From Diplonema japonicum (Eukaryota > Protista > Euglenozoa: Diplonemea): a stretch of 64,000 nucleotides of DNA. The position numbers were made by a program, and so were the translations under genes. The DNA lies in NCBI GenBank assembly GCA_964019335.1, contig OZ025750.1:124001-188000 (forward strand), in the 5' to 3' direction. Positions 1-11,364 of this stretch are shown piece after piece; within the stretch, counting starts at the first letter, position 1; each line of letters opens with the position of its first letter. The notes under the pieces were generated by a model that saw only the letters and a list, made by a program, of their open reading frames with translations, was not told the DNA's origin and ran no database searches.

Positions 1-13
1 TTCTTTCTTTTTT

Positions 14-92
14 TGGAGAAGGTTTTTGTAAACTCGAAACACGTGGCCAACGTTCCCCTTTTGTTTAGACAAGTCGAAAACTCGTTCTTGCA
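14..92 (-). repeat. Short interspersed repeat (SINE-like), partial copy; relatives at ~31273-31560 and ~42090-42385 (+)
   Basis: Reverse complement closely matches GCAAGAACGAG...AAAAGGGGAACGTTGGCAACGTGTTTCGGGTTGACAAAC seen at 31275 and 42091; all copies begin after a T-run on their own strand. Confidence 0.6.
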
Positions 93-140
93 AAAAAAAA
101 AAAAAAAAAAACTCTTTTCAACAATGGATAATAACTATTT

Positions 141-325
141 ATTTAGTGAAAATAAGATCGTATGATTTTCACGCGTGGTGGCAGTGGTTTAACGAGTGGG
201 TAGATGACTTTACGAGCGAAGCGAGTGCAGTCATGAATGTCTACTTCACGAGCGAAGCGAGTGAAGTAACATCAACGAGTTAAACATGCCACCACAAGTG
301 AAAATCGGATCTATTTTCACTGAAT
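141..325. mobile_element. Palindromic (foldback) MITE-like element
   Basis: Imperfect long inverted repeats AGTGAAAATAAGATC..ATTTTCAC..GTGGTGGCA / TGCCACCAC..GTGAAAATCGGATCTATTTTCACT around two internal ACGAGCGAAGCGAGTG motifs. Confidence 0.6.
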
Positions 326-627
326 CCGTAGGGTGGTCCTCGAGTGGGATTTGCCCTTAAACATCGCCTTTAACGTCAGTCAGATTTGAAAGGGTGGGGC
401 ATTACAGGTTACAAGTTACAAGTTAAAATTTTACTGGGGGTGCTTATGGTTGATATTGATTGTCAAGGCATATGTGTGGTGCGGGCTGTGTGTCCATGAG
501 TGCTGACAGGACCTCGGTCTGGACCTGTGGGGCTGCTGCCTGGGTTGCTGAGGTTGCCCCACTAGCAGCTGTCACCGCTGCTGGCTAGCCCACCTCTCTC
601 CCCTTCTGTTGAGAGACGTAAAAAGTG

Positions 628-697
628 AGATTCCCAGATTCGAACCGGGGTTTCCAAAACAAGGGGCCTGTGTGGTAACCACTTAGGTGATTTCTTT
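628..697 (-). other. tRNA-like remnant (possible SINE head or pseudo-tRNA)
   Basis: Minus strand reads TCACCTAAGTGGTTA (A-box-like) then CCCCGGTTCGAATCTGGG (T-arm/B-box) at tRNA spacing; no convincing acceptor or anticodon stem. Confidence 0.3.
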
Positions 698-1051
698 TCC
701 GTGTTTGCGCCCCCAACCCCTGGCTGTGCAGTGAAAATAGGGCAAGCGTGAATATAAAGTACTTTATATTCACTCATAAAGTAATTTTCATTTCTGCCTG
801 TTTTCTTCCTAAAACAATGTCTGAAATCTGCAATGAAAATAAAGTGAAGCGTGAAATAATGTGAAATATTATATTCACTCCCACCCTTGAAAATCTGACT
901 GGAGTTAAATAAAAAAAAAAAACAAAAACAAAAACCAATACACATTATTCCTGACTCTCTCTTTATTGAGAATTAAGAAACTTCTTATTTACCCATTTCT
1001 TTTTTTGTGGTCGGGAAAAGTTCTCTCCAACCTGCTGGGACGCTAGTAGGA

Positions 1052-1127
1052 GCCATTGAAGGGTGCCTCTCGCCTGAAGAGGACAGCACCTGGAGGAGTC
1101 GCTAGATATGTCCGAACTAAGAGATAC
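1052..1127 (+). ncRNA. Repeated structured-RNA-like motif with hammerhead-like core, copy 1
   Basis: CTGAAGA(1074-1080)-GGACA...TGTCC-GAA(1114-1116); second copy at 9535-9611. Core is incomplete. Confidence 0.3.
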
Positions 1128-1255
1128 CTAGTACTGACCATACTTGTTCGCTTTTTTTTTTTTTTTTTCCCCCACTTGCAATATCATTTCAGATACCCCC
1201 TTCCCCTTTTTCTTGCATGTTAATTTGAATTTTTTTTTTTTTTTTTTTTTTTTTG

Positions 1256-1294
1256 GTGGGCCGTTGCTAACCACTTCGTTCCTATCATAGTGAT

Positions 1295-1295
<1 letters not shown>
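1256..1295 (+). mobile_element. Extreme 3' stub of a non-LTR retrotransposon embedded in a poly(T) tract
   Basis: GGGCCGTTGCTAACCACTTCGTTCCTATCATAGTGA is identical to the 3' end of the LINE fragments at 8088 and 11253; a near-identical copy lies at ~39367. Confidence 0.75.
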
Positions 1296-1326
<31 letters not shown>

Positions 1327-1409
1327 CCTTTGGCTCTCTCGCTTTTTCTCTTTTTTTTTTTTTTATTTACTTTCTTATTGACCTTTGGCTACCCAACCCT
1401 ACTCCCTTT

Positions 1410-1650
1410 TTTTTTTGGCGACCTGACACTCATAAGGAAAAAGGCAAGACAGCTGCATGGCCTGCTGGTGAGGCTGCAGGAGGGCTGGCAGGATAAGGAG
1501 GAAGGTCAGGGGAGAGCCATACCGGCGGAGCAACGGCGGAACCACGGTCTGAAGACCATAGGGGGGAGAAAGATCTTGGGCTCGGACAGAAGACCGCTGC
1601 ACGTCTCGGCGTTCCTTCCAGCTGGACGATAAGAAAACAAAGGAATCACA
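1410..1650 (+). mobile_element. Non-LTR retrotransposon ORF2 C-terminal fragment
   Basis: Translates LKTIGGRKILGSDRRPL, similar to LRHLGGPTTHGYDRRPLF at the end of ORF2 25858-29946. Confidence 0.6.
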
Positions 1651-1666
1651 ACAGAAAAAGAATAAC

Positions 1667-4180
1667 ATGCACCGCAACCCACCCCTCTGTGTGGCCCACA
1701 TAACAATATTCCTGATAGCACAATATCTGCTAGGCAGCACAGCACAAACTGTGATAGGAAAGTACGCCGCCCAAGAGGCCATTCAGTACGCCCTCCACCC
1801 CGATGGCGACACCGTGTACATAGCTGATGGCTACAACGGAGTCAAAATCGTGGATGTGACCAACATCCCGAACTCTGTAAACCCAGACACAGCAACAAAA
1901 CTGCTCAACACAATATCGGGCATCGACGCGCAGGCCATTGCCTACGACAGCGATGCCTTGTACATTGTAGGCAGCGCTGCTGTTCTGTACAAGTATGACG
2001 TATCCACAAAGACAGCCCCTGTGAAGATGGGGGAATCCGCACCAGACCAGAAGGGTTTTGTAAAATCGGTAGCAATACTCCCGGGAGGTACCCGGGCCTA
2101 CACGTGTCATGACGGTGGTGTCTCTGAGTACGATGTGACAGGGGCTACACCGATGTTCATTTACAACCCTGTAAGCTTGCCTAAGTGTTACGACCTAACT
2201 GTTAATGTTTTACACCGCCGTTTGTTTGCTCTGGTGCGTGACCAGGTAGTCGAATATGTTGACATGTACCCCATAGGGCCTTCAGACGAACTGCAGGCTG
2301 TTGTTGCGTACAATGAGCTCTCCCGTGCTGGGGTCTCGCTGTCGGTTTCGTCGGACGGTGGTACGTGTTTCGTAACGTCAGGCGGGGACGCTTTTGTGAT
2401 GGTGCAGTGCAACGTAACAAATTCCCAGGGGAAGAAGGCAACCACAACGCATCAAGGCCTTGCCGGCATCGCACGCTTCGACCCTGGCGATCGTACCTTC
2501 GCAGCAACCAGCGACGGTAAGCTTGTTGTTTACGACATGACGCCTTCCTCGAATTCTATTGCCTACTCAAGCGAGCTTATGCTTGGCGGTGTTGGGCAGA
2601 AGGGTGTCGGCCTGCACGGTACCTACCTCTACATGTGCATGGGGTACTACGGGCTTGTTATTGTTGATGTTGCTGCCGCCATGCGGCTGCCTCCAACCCC
2701 TGCTCCTATGACATCTCCGCCCCCGACTGTGCCCCCGGACACGCCTTTTCCCGACACTTTAGCACCGCTGACCCCTTTCCCTGCGACGCCTGCACCCGAC
2801 ACACATCCACCGGTGACGCTAGCTCCGGATACCTTGCCTCCTTACACTTTGCCTCCTGACACGTTGTCTCCTGACACACTGGCGCCTTCGACAGGTGCTC
2901 CAGACACACCAGCGCCTTCCACTGTTTCACCGTTGCGGTTGATAGTCTCGGATGCCCCTCCAACCTTGCCTTCTGTCAACACTTCCTCGCCACAAAGCAC
3001 AACTCCAGACACACAGGCACCACAGACCGCAGCGCCGACAGCAGCTCCCGAGACAGACGCCCCAGCAGTGGTGAAGGAGGAGCAGATCAACAAGGCTGGA
3101 ACTGTGACTGTCATCATGTCCGTTGTGACTAGCGGTGCCACCGTAGGGGCAGCAACACGGTTGCTGCTTGTGAGCCAAGGGTGTCTCTTGAACGGGAAGC
3201 AGAAGCTGCCTTTCCCACTGCACCCCACACAGATGGAGGTGTGGGGGTCTGAAACCGCGGGAGTGGTGATCGGGAACTTCGCCATCATCGCCGGGTTCAC
3301 TGCCTTGTGCTTTGTGGTGCTGCAGGCGATGTACCGGTGGGGCCCTGCGGTGATACCGAAGCTGCTGGAAAACCTCGACACCCAAGGCCTTCTTCGCTTC
3401 CCCTCCGCACCTCTGCTCGGGTTCCAGTTTCTGTACCAAGGGACCACACTCGGGTCGACCCACCTTATTTTTTATCAACCACATCCAGGGGGCTTTCTTG
3501 TTGGGGCAGTGTCGATGTTTGTGTGCATCGCTGTTCCATTTTATGTGCTCCGCGTGATGACACGCGACGTCCCTAGCGAAGGTGTCTACGGCAATGAGCT
3601 AGACTGTGGGCAGATGCGCACTGTTGTCCTTGGCCCCGGTGAGTGGGTCTCCACATCCCCCATGAACCACTGGATACACAGGTACGGGTCGGTGGTGCGG
3701 ACCTACAGGCAGGAGGTGGCATGGTTCTCATTCATCGAGTTCTCGGCGAGTCTTGTGATATCGGGGATACAGGCGGTGGAGACAGACACGTACACAGGGT
3801 GCGGGCACAAGAAGGTCTTCACGGCTATCATCTTCTTCATAATGTTGGCTGTGGAGGCGGTGTTTTGGCCCCATGCAAGGCCAAGGGATAATGCGACGGA
3901 ATTCACGATGCTCGGGGTGCAAGGGGCAGCGATGCTCCTGATGTCAGTGGGGTACTATGAGGGGACGACTGTTCATTGGACTTTCGATGTGGCTTCGGAC
4001 CTTCTGATGGCGTCTGTGGTGGTGCTTCTTGTGAAGGTTGTGGTGGATCTGTGCAGCGAAGGGTACATCTTCTTCTCGGGGAGGCGGCAGGCTCTTCAAG
4101 ATGAAGAATTCTATCCCAGCATGCCCTGCTCCCTACTCAGCGTAGTGGACGAGAAAGGCTCCAAACGGGATGATAATTAA
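1667..4180 (+). CDS. Surface protein: signal peptide, LVIVD-like beta-propeller, Pro/Thr-rich stalk, ~7-TM C-terminal domain (bodonin/DGF-1-like architecture), paralog 1
   Basis: 837-aa ORF; hydrophobic N-terminus; VYIADGYNGVKIVDV and YLYMCMGYYGLVIVDV blades; PDT-rich linker; 7-8 hydrophobic segments after LHPTQ..AGVVIGN; two close paralogs in the window. Confidence 0.85.
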   Translation: MHRNPPLCVAHITIFLIAQYLLGSTAQTVIGKYAAQEAIQYALHPDGDTVYIADGYNGVKIVDVTNIPNSVNPDTATKLLNTISGIDAQAIAYDSDALYIVGSAAVLYKYDVSTKTAPVKMGESAPDQKGFVKSVAILPGGTRAYTCHDGGVSEYDVTGATPMFIYNPVSLPKCYDLTVNVLHRRLFALVRDQVVEYVDMYPIGPSDELQAVVAYNELSRAGVSLSVSSDGGTCFVTSGGDAFVMVQCNVTNSQGKKATTTHQGLAGIARFDPGDRTFAATSDGKLVVYDMTPSSNSIAYSSELMLGGVGQKGVGLHGTYLYMCMGYYGLVIVDVAAAMRLPPTPAPMTSPPPTVPPDTPFPDTLAPLTPFPATPAPDTHPPVTLAPDTLPPYTLPPDTLSPDTLAPSTGAPDTPAPSTVSPLRLIVSDAPPTLPSVNTSSPQSTTPDTQAPQTAAPTAAPETDAPAVVKEEQINKAGTVTVIMSVVTSGATVGAATRLLLVSQGCLLNGKQKLPFPLHPTQMEVWGSETAGVVIGNFAIIAGFTALCFVVLQAMYRWGPAVIPKLLENLDTQGLLRFPSAPLLGFQFLYQGTTLGSTHLIFYQPHPGGFLVGAVSMFVCIAVPFYVLRVMTRDVPSEGVYGNELDCGQMRTVVLGPGEWVSTSPMNHWIHRYGSVVRTYRQEVAWFSFIEFSASLVISGIQAVETDTYTGCGHKKVFTAIIFFIMLAVEAVFWPHARPRDNATEFTMLGVQGAAMLLMSVGYYEGTTVHWTFDVASDLLMASVVVLLVKVVVDLCSEGYIFFSGRRQALQDEEFYPSMPCSLLSVVDEKGSKRDDN

Positions 4181-4381
4181 TTTGTGTTTTTTTTCCCGTC
4201 CTGCGTCAAATGAAGTGTGTTTTTTATCAAAAACACAAAAAAAGAAAAAGAAAATAAAAACAATGAAAAAACAAAAAAGAAAAAAAAAAGAAAACGTGGT
4301 TCTTCTTTCCTTTACGTGTACACCAAGATATACTTTTTCCGTTTTTTGCTTTTCTTTCTTCGACCCTTTAAAAAAAAAAGG

Positions 4382-4413
<32 letters not shown>

Positions 4414-4485
4414 AAGGATCCCCCGGGAGGGGGGGTGGGGGGGCCCGAAATAAAAAAGAAAGAAAAGAAAAAAAAAGAAGATAAA

Positions 4486-7052
4486 ATGCGGCTCCTCGAC
4501 AAAACACTGAAGTGCTGTCTTCTCGTGGCTACTATACTGCATTACAGCGGGTCGCAGAAGGTGGTGGGGAGATACGCCGGAGGGCAGGCTGTGGGGTTTG
4601 CAGTGCACCAAAGTAACGATTATGTTTTCATAGCTGATGGAAACTTTGGAGTAGCGATAGTAAGGCAAACGGGTTTACCAAACCCAGCAAGCCCCGGATC
4701 GGCCATGACTCTCACACAGAACATAGTTGGGATCCACGCAGCTTCGGTAGCTCTGGACGGGAACTCACTATACATTATCGGGTCCGCAGGAATTGTCTAC
4801 AAGTACGACGTTACAGTTAAATCAGCCCCCACATTAACAGGACAATCTGCAATGGACCCCAAAGGGTCTGCCACTGCCATAACACTTATTCCAGGTGTGA
4901 ACGTAGCTTATACTTGCCATGCTGACGGAGTTTCCGAATACGATATTTCCACTGCCACTCCAATTGTGAAGTCAACTGTCGTACCCTCAATGAAATGCAG
5001 CAACCTGCGCATTGATGCTGTCCAGAAGCGGCTGATCATTCTGGGCGAACGGTCGCTTAATAAATATGTTTATGTGTATTCCATTGATGTCAATGGAGCG
5101 CTGGTCGGGCCTTTCCTCTCTGAGAACCAGCTGGTTGATTCTAATTTTGCTGTCGATGCCACGGAGGACGGTGTGACGTGCTTTGTGGCAACGAGTGTGA
5201 GGTCACTGGTAGTGGTGCAGTGCGATACATCGAATAACGTTCAAACAATGGTGAACACTGCCTTCCCAGCACTCGCGGGAGTTGCGCGTCACGACCCCAG
5301 CAACCGTGTCTACTCCAGCACCTCAGATGGGAAGCTCATCTGGTACGAGATGCAGCCGCCCAGCTATATGACTATCAGCGTGGGTGAGATGTTGATTGGC
5401 GGGGTGGGGCAGCATGGGTTGGGCATCGTCGACGGGTACCTCTACATGTGCATGGGGAACTACGGGCTGGTTGTTGTTTCGGCTTTCCAGGACACACCTG
5501 CTCCAGACACACCTGCTCCAGACACACCTGCTCCTGACACACCTGCTCCTGACACACCTGCTCCAGACACACCTGCTCCAGACACACCTGCTCCAGACAC
5601 ACCTGCTCCTGACACACCTGCTCCTGACACACCTGCTCCAGACACACCTGCTCCCGATACACCTGCTCCCGATACACCTGCTCCCGATACACCTGCTCCT
5701 GATACACTGGTTCCTGATACACCAGCCCCAGATACACTTGCGCCAGCCACGCCCTTCCCTGCTACAGTGCCCCCTAACACGATCGCTCCTGATACCTTGG
5801 TTCCTGGCACACAAGCGCCCCAAACACTAGCTCCCAAAGTTGTGGCGCTTTCTTCTTCTCCTGCCACCTTTGCACCGCGGACAGCAACGCCGACAGCAGC
5901 CCCCGAGACAGACGCCCCAGCGGTGGTGAAGGAGGAGCAGATCAACACAGCAGGGTCGGTTGCGGCGGCTGCATCTGTAGTGGGGACAGCAGGGGCAGCA
6001 ACACGGTTGCTGCTTGTGAGCCAAGGGTGTCTCTTGAACGGGAAGCAGAAGCTCCCTCTCCCGCTGCACCCCACACAGATAGAGGTGTGGGGGTCTGAAA
6101 CCGCGGGAATGGTGATCGGGAACTTCGCCATCACCGCCGGGTTCACTGCCCTGTGCTTTGTGGTGCTGCGGGTGACCTCTCGATGTGGCCCTGCGGTGAT
6201 ACCGAAGCTGCTGGAAAACCTCGACACCCAAGGCCTTCTTCGCTTCCCCTCCGCACCTCTGTTCGTGTTCCAGCTTCTGTACCAAGGGACCACACTCGGG
6301 TCGATCCACCTCCTCGTGCAGCCACCTCATGTAGGGGGCTTCCTTGTTGGGGCGGTGTCGATGTGTGTGTGCATCGCTGTTCCACTTTCTGTGCTCCGTG
6401 TGATGACTTGCGACGTCCCTTGGGCAGGGGTGTACGTGAATGAAGTGAATTGCAAACAAGCAAAGGCCCTGTTCCTTGGCCCCGGTGAGTGGGTCTCAAC
6501 GACCCCCATGAACCATTGGATAAACAGGTACGGGTCGGTGGTGCGGACCTACAGGCAGGAGGCGGCATGGTTCTCCATCATCGAGTTCTCGGCGAGTCTT
6601 GCGATATCGGGGATACAGGCGGCGGAGACAGACACGTACACAGGGTGCGGGCACAAGAAGGTCTTCACGGCTATCATCTTCTTCGTGCTTCTGGCTGTGG
6701 AGGCGGTGGTGTGGCCATTTGCAAGGCCAAGGGATAATGTGTCTGAATTAATAATGCTCGGGGTGCAAGGGGCAGCGATGCTCCTGATGTCAGTGGGGTA
6801 CTATGAGGGGACGACTGTTCATTGGACTTTCGATGTGGCTTCGGACCTTCTGATGGCGTCTGTGGTGGTGCTTCTTGCAAAGGTTGCGATGGATCTGTGC
6901 AGCGAAGGGTACATCTTCTTCTCGGGGAGGCGGCAGGCTCTACAAAATGAAAGATTTTCTCGGCACCGGGCTTCTCTCCCAGGACCAGGTTTTCGGATGG
7001 AGCTCTACTGGCAGATGCTGGAAGAAACGAACACCCATAAGGTTGCGTTGTA

Positions 7053-7053
<1 letters not shown>
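4486..7053 (+). CDS. Beta-propeller / DTPAP stalk / ~7-TM surface protein, paralog 2
   Basis: First ATG (4486, MRLLDK) in ORF 4435-7053 precedes a signal-like segment; same domain order as paralog 1; TM region near-identical at DNA level. Confidence 0.85.
5491..5745 (+). repeat. Coding 15-bp tandem repeat (DTPAP)n
   Basis: 14 consecutive GA(C/T)ACACCTGCTCC(A/T/C) units at 5491-5700, then degenerate units. Confidence 0.95.
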
Positions 7054-7110
<57 letters not shown>

Positions 7111-7114
<4 letters not shown>

Positions 7115-7539
7115 TTCACTCTTCGTCATTTTCTTCACTCACTAGGGGCCTCATTATTTAACGCGAAATGGCCATTATTTAACGCGAAACGGCCATTATT
7201 TAACGCGAAATCGCCATTATTTAACTAGTTAAATAATGAGATTTTGCAGTTAAATAATGGCCCTTCAGAGTGAAAAAATGGGTCTTGTCGTGGAAAAAAA
7301 TGCACCCAACCCCTTGAAAAATTTTTTTGGGGTGGGGGTATTTTGACTATTTTTGGCCATCTGAGGCCATTCCAGCCCTTAAAAGTGGGAATAAGTGCCT
7401 TACTTCCCCTTTAAATGCCACGGCGAAATAGCTACCCTGTATTACCTTAGGAAAATCCCCAAAAAGCTGACCTGCGTGAAAAAAAACAGCAGTGAAAGCA
7501 GTGAAGAGTGAGTGACTCAAATGACGAAGAGTGAAATAA
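7111..7539. mobile_element. MITE-like element with terminal inverted repeats and internal 22-bp tandem repeats
   Basis: TTATTTCACTCTTCGTCATTT at 7111 and its reverse complement AAATGACGAAGAGTGAAATAA ending 7539; CCATTATTTAACGCGAAA repeated 3-4 times at ~7150-7225. Confidence 0.65.
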
Positions 7540-7542
7540 AAC

Positions 7543-7680
7543 GACTTACTTGCCGCCAAATGAGCCATTATTTAACACTCGTTACCCGTTTTTTTGCACT
7601 CGGGCCCTGCGGGCCCTCGTGCAAAAAATTCGGGAACTCGAGTTAAATAATGACTCATTATTTGTTGGCAATAAATAGTT
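7543..7680. repeat. Long imperfect hairpin (foldback element)
   Basis: CATTATTTAAC..TTTTTTGCACTCGGGCCC TGC GGGCCCTCGTGCAAAAAA..GTTAAATAATG; shares the CATTATTTAAC motif with the adjacent MITE. Confidence 0.6.
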
Positions 7681-7689
7681 ATTTTTTTT

Positions 7690-8125
7690 CACGTCCGTGT
7701 CGGCGATCGAGCTGGCGATTGACTTCGAGTGCTACACGAAGAAGACGCTGGGGGTTAGCATCAACACGACGATTGATATCGACAAGAAGGCGGTGAGGAT
7801 CAAGCGGATCCTGGATACGCTGCAAGCGACATGGATGAGGGAGAAGAGGAGACGCGCTTTTCCGGCGCAGTCATGCAAGAACGTGAGATCACTACGATCC
7901 ATTGGCCGCGACCACGTCGTTGGCTTAGATAGAAGGGCCCTGTTTGCATCGGGGCTGACGGCGACCAAGCTGAAAGGACTGAGAGAAGATTACCGGAAAA
8001 AAAGGATTGGAAGATATAAACGACAGCTAGGCACTACGGTGGGTAGCAGGGAACGACCCCAAAAGGGGAGCATCATAAGGTAGGCACGGGCCGTTGCTAA
8101 CCACTTCGTTCCTATCATAGTGAAT
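7690..8125 (+). mobile_element. 5'-truncated non-LTR retrotransposon (ORF2 C-terminus + 3' UTR)
   Basis: SAIELAIDFECYT...LRSIGRDHVVGLDRRALF...QKGSIIR* is homologous to the C-termini at 29.6-29.9 kb and 51.4-51.7 kb; T-runs on both sides. Confidence 0.75.
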
Positions 8126-8399
8126 CTTTTTTTGAAAGAACCAAGGTTTCTTGCCCCCCTTTTTTTTTTGTTTCCTTTCTTTCCCATTCGTTCGTTATTC
8201 CTATCATATTTCCTTTTTTTTTTGAAAAAGACTAACCCCCCCCCTCAAGGGTGCATGCAAAACACAGCGATTGGAAAGTCTTGCAAGTAGTTTCCCTTGA
8301 GAGAGACTGCCTTTGAACCAGGAAAAAAAGAACAGAATAAAATAAAATAAAGACATACATAAGAAGGAGGCTGGTGTTGGTTCTTTTCATTTTTCTTTT

Positions 8400-8545
8400 A
8401 TGGCGCGCGTAACATAACTTCGATAGTGGAGCTAGCACCGTACCTTGAACGACTCAGAAGAGTTGAAAGCCCACGGAAGGAGGAGAAACCGCCACTGAAG
8501 GGAGACACGGTCCTCTTTTACTATCAGCGGGCTCGCTTTTTTTTT
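8400..8545 (+). mobile_element. Short non-LTR 3' fragment (another subfamily)
   Basis: Translates LAPYLERLRR (cf. TAPYLARLQ in ORF2); 3' motif GGTCCTCTTTTACTATCAGCGGGCTC recurs at ~8661; followed by a T-run. Confidence 0.45.
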
Positions 8546-8959
8546 TTTTAAAAAAAGAGTAGTGGGTAGCATTGTTGGGCTTATCCTTCTACAGGTTAAC
8601 CTCGGCTGTGCACAAACAAACAGATATTGGATGAGAACAAGGGTGCGTTCTCACAAGGGTGGTCCTCTTTTACTATCAGCGGGCTCTCTTTTTTTTTCTT
8701 CTTTTTTTCCTAGAGGAACAAATGCGCACGCATTGCATCCTCAACAACTCGCTAGTTGGTTTCACGCCCAAGCTGCTGATGAGATACTACGACGGGCCTA
8801 AGGCACTACCACGACAGAAGGGATCAAACACTAGATGAGTTGATTGTCGTTAGGCGATCCTGTCACATACTGCAGGTTCCCTTCAAAGACATCTTTTTTT
8901 TTTTTTTCGGGCTTACAAACCTCCGCACAAACAACGGGCCAGTTCCTCCTTTTTGTTCT

Positions 8960-9004
<45 letters not shown>

Positions 9005-9534
9005 ATGAACGAGAAAAACAATATATTGATCGTGAATTGTTTGTGCTAAAAAGAGTAGTGGGTAGCATTGTTGGGCTTATCCTTCTACAGGTTAACCCCC
9101 GGCTGTGCACAAACAACAATCAACCTGCTCTTTTTTCTTCTTGCGGTGAGGCCTCTCAGGTAGCTGCAACCCCAAGTCACAACGATATTTCTTTATTTTT
9201 TTTGTGGGGGGGGGAATTCAGTGAGGAGTGTGACTTCCTTACCCGAACGTACAGTATCAAAGTAATATGTTCTTAAGAGAAAATCTTTTTGGAGGAATGT
9301 CAATTTTTTCTTTTTTTTTCGGACGACCCCCCCCCCAAAAAAAAGAAAAGCGCCGAGAAAGAAATTAAAATCTTGTGCAAGACATAGCACGCGTTAAAAC
9401 GCAAGCATAACGTTATCAGAGGATTGATATTAAAAAAAAAAAAACCTTTTTTTAATCTTTTTTTTTTTTTTTCCCCCGCAGGAACCACTAAGGACCTGGC
9501 TCTTCCATAGCCTTGTCCGCAGAGCGAATGCGGT

Positions 9535-9611
9535 GCCATTGAAGGGTGCCTCTCGCCTGATGAGGACAGCACCTGGAGGAGTTGCGAGATATGTCCGAAG
9601 CTGAGAGATAC
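9535..9611 (+). ncRNA. Repeated structured-RNA-like motif with hammerhead-like core, copy 2
   Basis: CTGATGA(9557-9563)-GGACA...TGTCC-GAA(9597-9599), flanked by TCTC/GAGA; also readable as box C (TGATGA)/box D (CTGA 9601-9604). Confidence 0.3.
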
Positions 9612-9835
9612 TTTTCTAACTTAAAATCATTTCAGATACCTGCGCCTCTCGCCCGGAGTTTGCATTGACATCTCTTTTTTTTCTCAAGATAACCCTGTTT
9701 TGACGATTTGAGCCCATTCCAACCTTTAAAACCCAAAAATAACCTTTTTATTTGTTATTATTACGTGTACGCTGTCGACAAGGTCATATTTCTTACGGTA
9801 GTTCTTCTCCTCCCCCCCCCCCCCCCCCCCCCCCC

Positions 9836-10520
9836 TAGGCATAGTGGTGAGGCGACTCGCATTCTCGCATTCTCGCACAAAAGAGATCTGAGCCGAAATT
9901 CTCGCAAAACGACTCGCATTCTCGCACACTCTCGCACGATTCTCGCGCATTCTCGCACATGCTAGTGTGCACTTCAGGTGTGCATGTGTCAAAAATAACC
10001 CCCTCTCGACCTTCATACTCCTCCCGAACTAACGCGATCAGTGCGTTCACGTCCGCCCGTGTGTGATTCACCCTCCTTGATGTCCAGGTGAAGGAGGGGG
10101 GGCTCCTCTGAGTATCCGACCAGCCCAGAAATGTTTGGCACTGGTGGCGTCTGTGCTTAACGGCAACAGGGTCTTTTCGATGCTTTGCTTCACTCTTCTC
10201 GAGCCCTTGTCTCCTTCTCGAATCCGGGCCCCTTTGCCAGCCGTGTCTGGTGTCGGTATCTTCATGCGCGAGCTCCACCAATGGGATGCTGGGAAGGCGT
10301 GTTTGCTGCTTGTGGTAAGTGGTGCCTGCGACCAAACACAAGCCCCACCACGGGGCAAAGCACTGCCTGTTGAGGTCCTTCGAAGATTTTGACACTCAGG
10401 CACCCGGCTTTCCCTGTTGAAGTTTCAGCCAAAAAAGATTCTCGCATCATTCTCGCATGCGAGAATGTGCGAGAATTTGGTGCGAGAATGCGACTCGCAT
10501 GCGTCTCACCACTATGCCTA
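9836..10520. mobile_element. Non-autonomous DNA transposon with TIRs and subterminal TTCTCGCA repeats
   Basis: TAGGCATAGTGGTGAG(G)CG at 9836 and CGTCTCACCACTATGCCTA ending 10520; multiple ATTCTCGCA/TGCGAGAAT subterminal motifs; TA (or CTAG) at both ends. Confidence 0.8.
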
Positions 10521-10767
10521 GGGCTATGCTGGCAAGAAACGAGTTTCCAAGCACTTCTTTTTTAAAATAAGGAAACGGAAACGGAAACGTGTTCCACCCC
10601 CGGGGTACGAACCGACGACACCCAGACCGCCTTTCCCCGTCTTTCTAATCCTTACTTTGGGGGCCGTTTCCTCAACTTATCTGGAAAAAATGGCTAAGGA
10701 AACGGAAACGGAAACGGAAACGGAAACGGAAACGGAAACATTTCCCCGTTTCTTGCCAGTATAGCTC
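10521..10767. mobile_element. MITE, GGGCTATGCTGGCAAGAAAC family, with (GGAAAC)n microsatellite
   Basis: TIRs GGGCTATGCTGGCAAGAAAC / GTTTCTTGCCAGTATAGC; related copies at 15571 and 62547. Confidence 0.65.
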
Positions 10768-10817
10768 CCCCTCTCTCTCTCTCTCTCCTGTTTTGGGCAA
10801 GAAAAGAAATCTTGTTC

Positions 10818-10848
<31 letters not shown>

Positions 10849-11064
10849 GAACCATTCGAAAAAAAGCTCGTTGGGCCCGAGGGGACACAAATTGTCGATT
10901 TTCTTTTCCTACTGGCTCTCTGGGCTCCATTTCCACCTCCTGCGAACTTGTTGATTTTTCTATTCCTAGGTCGGTTGGCCAATTTTCATATATTCCACCA
11001 GCAATTGGAGCGCTGCTCGCGGCCAAGTACATTTCGGTTAGAGGAATTCCCGACAGAAATGTCC

Positions 11065-11290
11065 GACCACGTCGTTGGCTTAGATAGAAGGGCCCTGTTT
11101 GCATCGGGGCTGACGGCGACCAAGCTGAAAGGACTGAGAGAAGATTACCGGAAAAAAAGGATTGGAAGATAAAAACGACAGCTAGGCACTACGTTGGGTA
11201 GCAGGGAACGACCCCAAAGGGGAGCATCATAAGGTAGGCACGCCACCGCGGCGGGCCGTTGCTAACCACTTCGTTCCTATCATAGTGAGT
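11065..11290 (+). mobile_element. 5'-truncated non-LTR retrotransposon 3' end
   Basis: Near-identical to 7910-8125; followed by a T-run. Confidence 0.75.
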
Positions 11291-11364
11291 TTTTTCTTTT
11301 TTCTTTTACGGATAATTTACTTTTCTTTTTTTTTAAAACAACAGCTTTTTTTTTTTTATTATTA

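Noticed and set aside
628-697. Functional tRNA gene
   Set aside because: Only A/B-box-like motifs; the cloverleaf cannot be completed.
5491-5745. Regular short repeats that might suggest a CRISPR array
   Set aside because: Head-to-tail 15-bp coding units with no unique spacers, inside a CDS; no cas genes; eukaryotic context.
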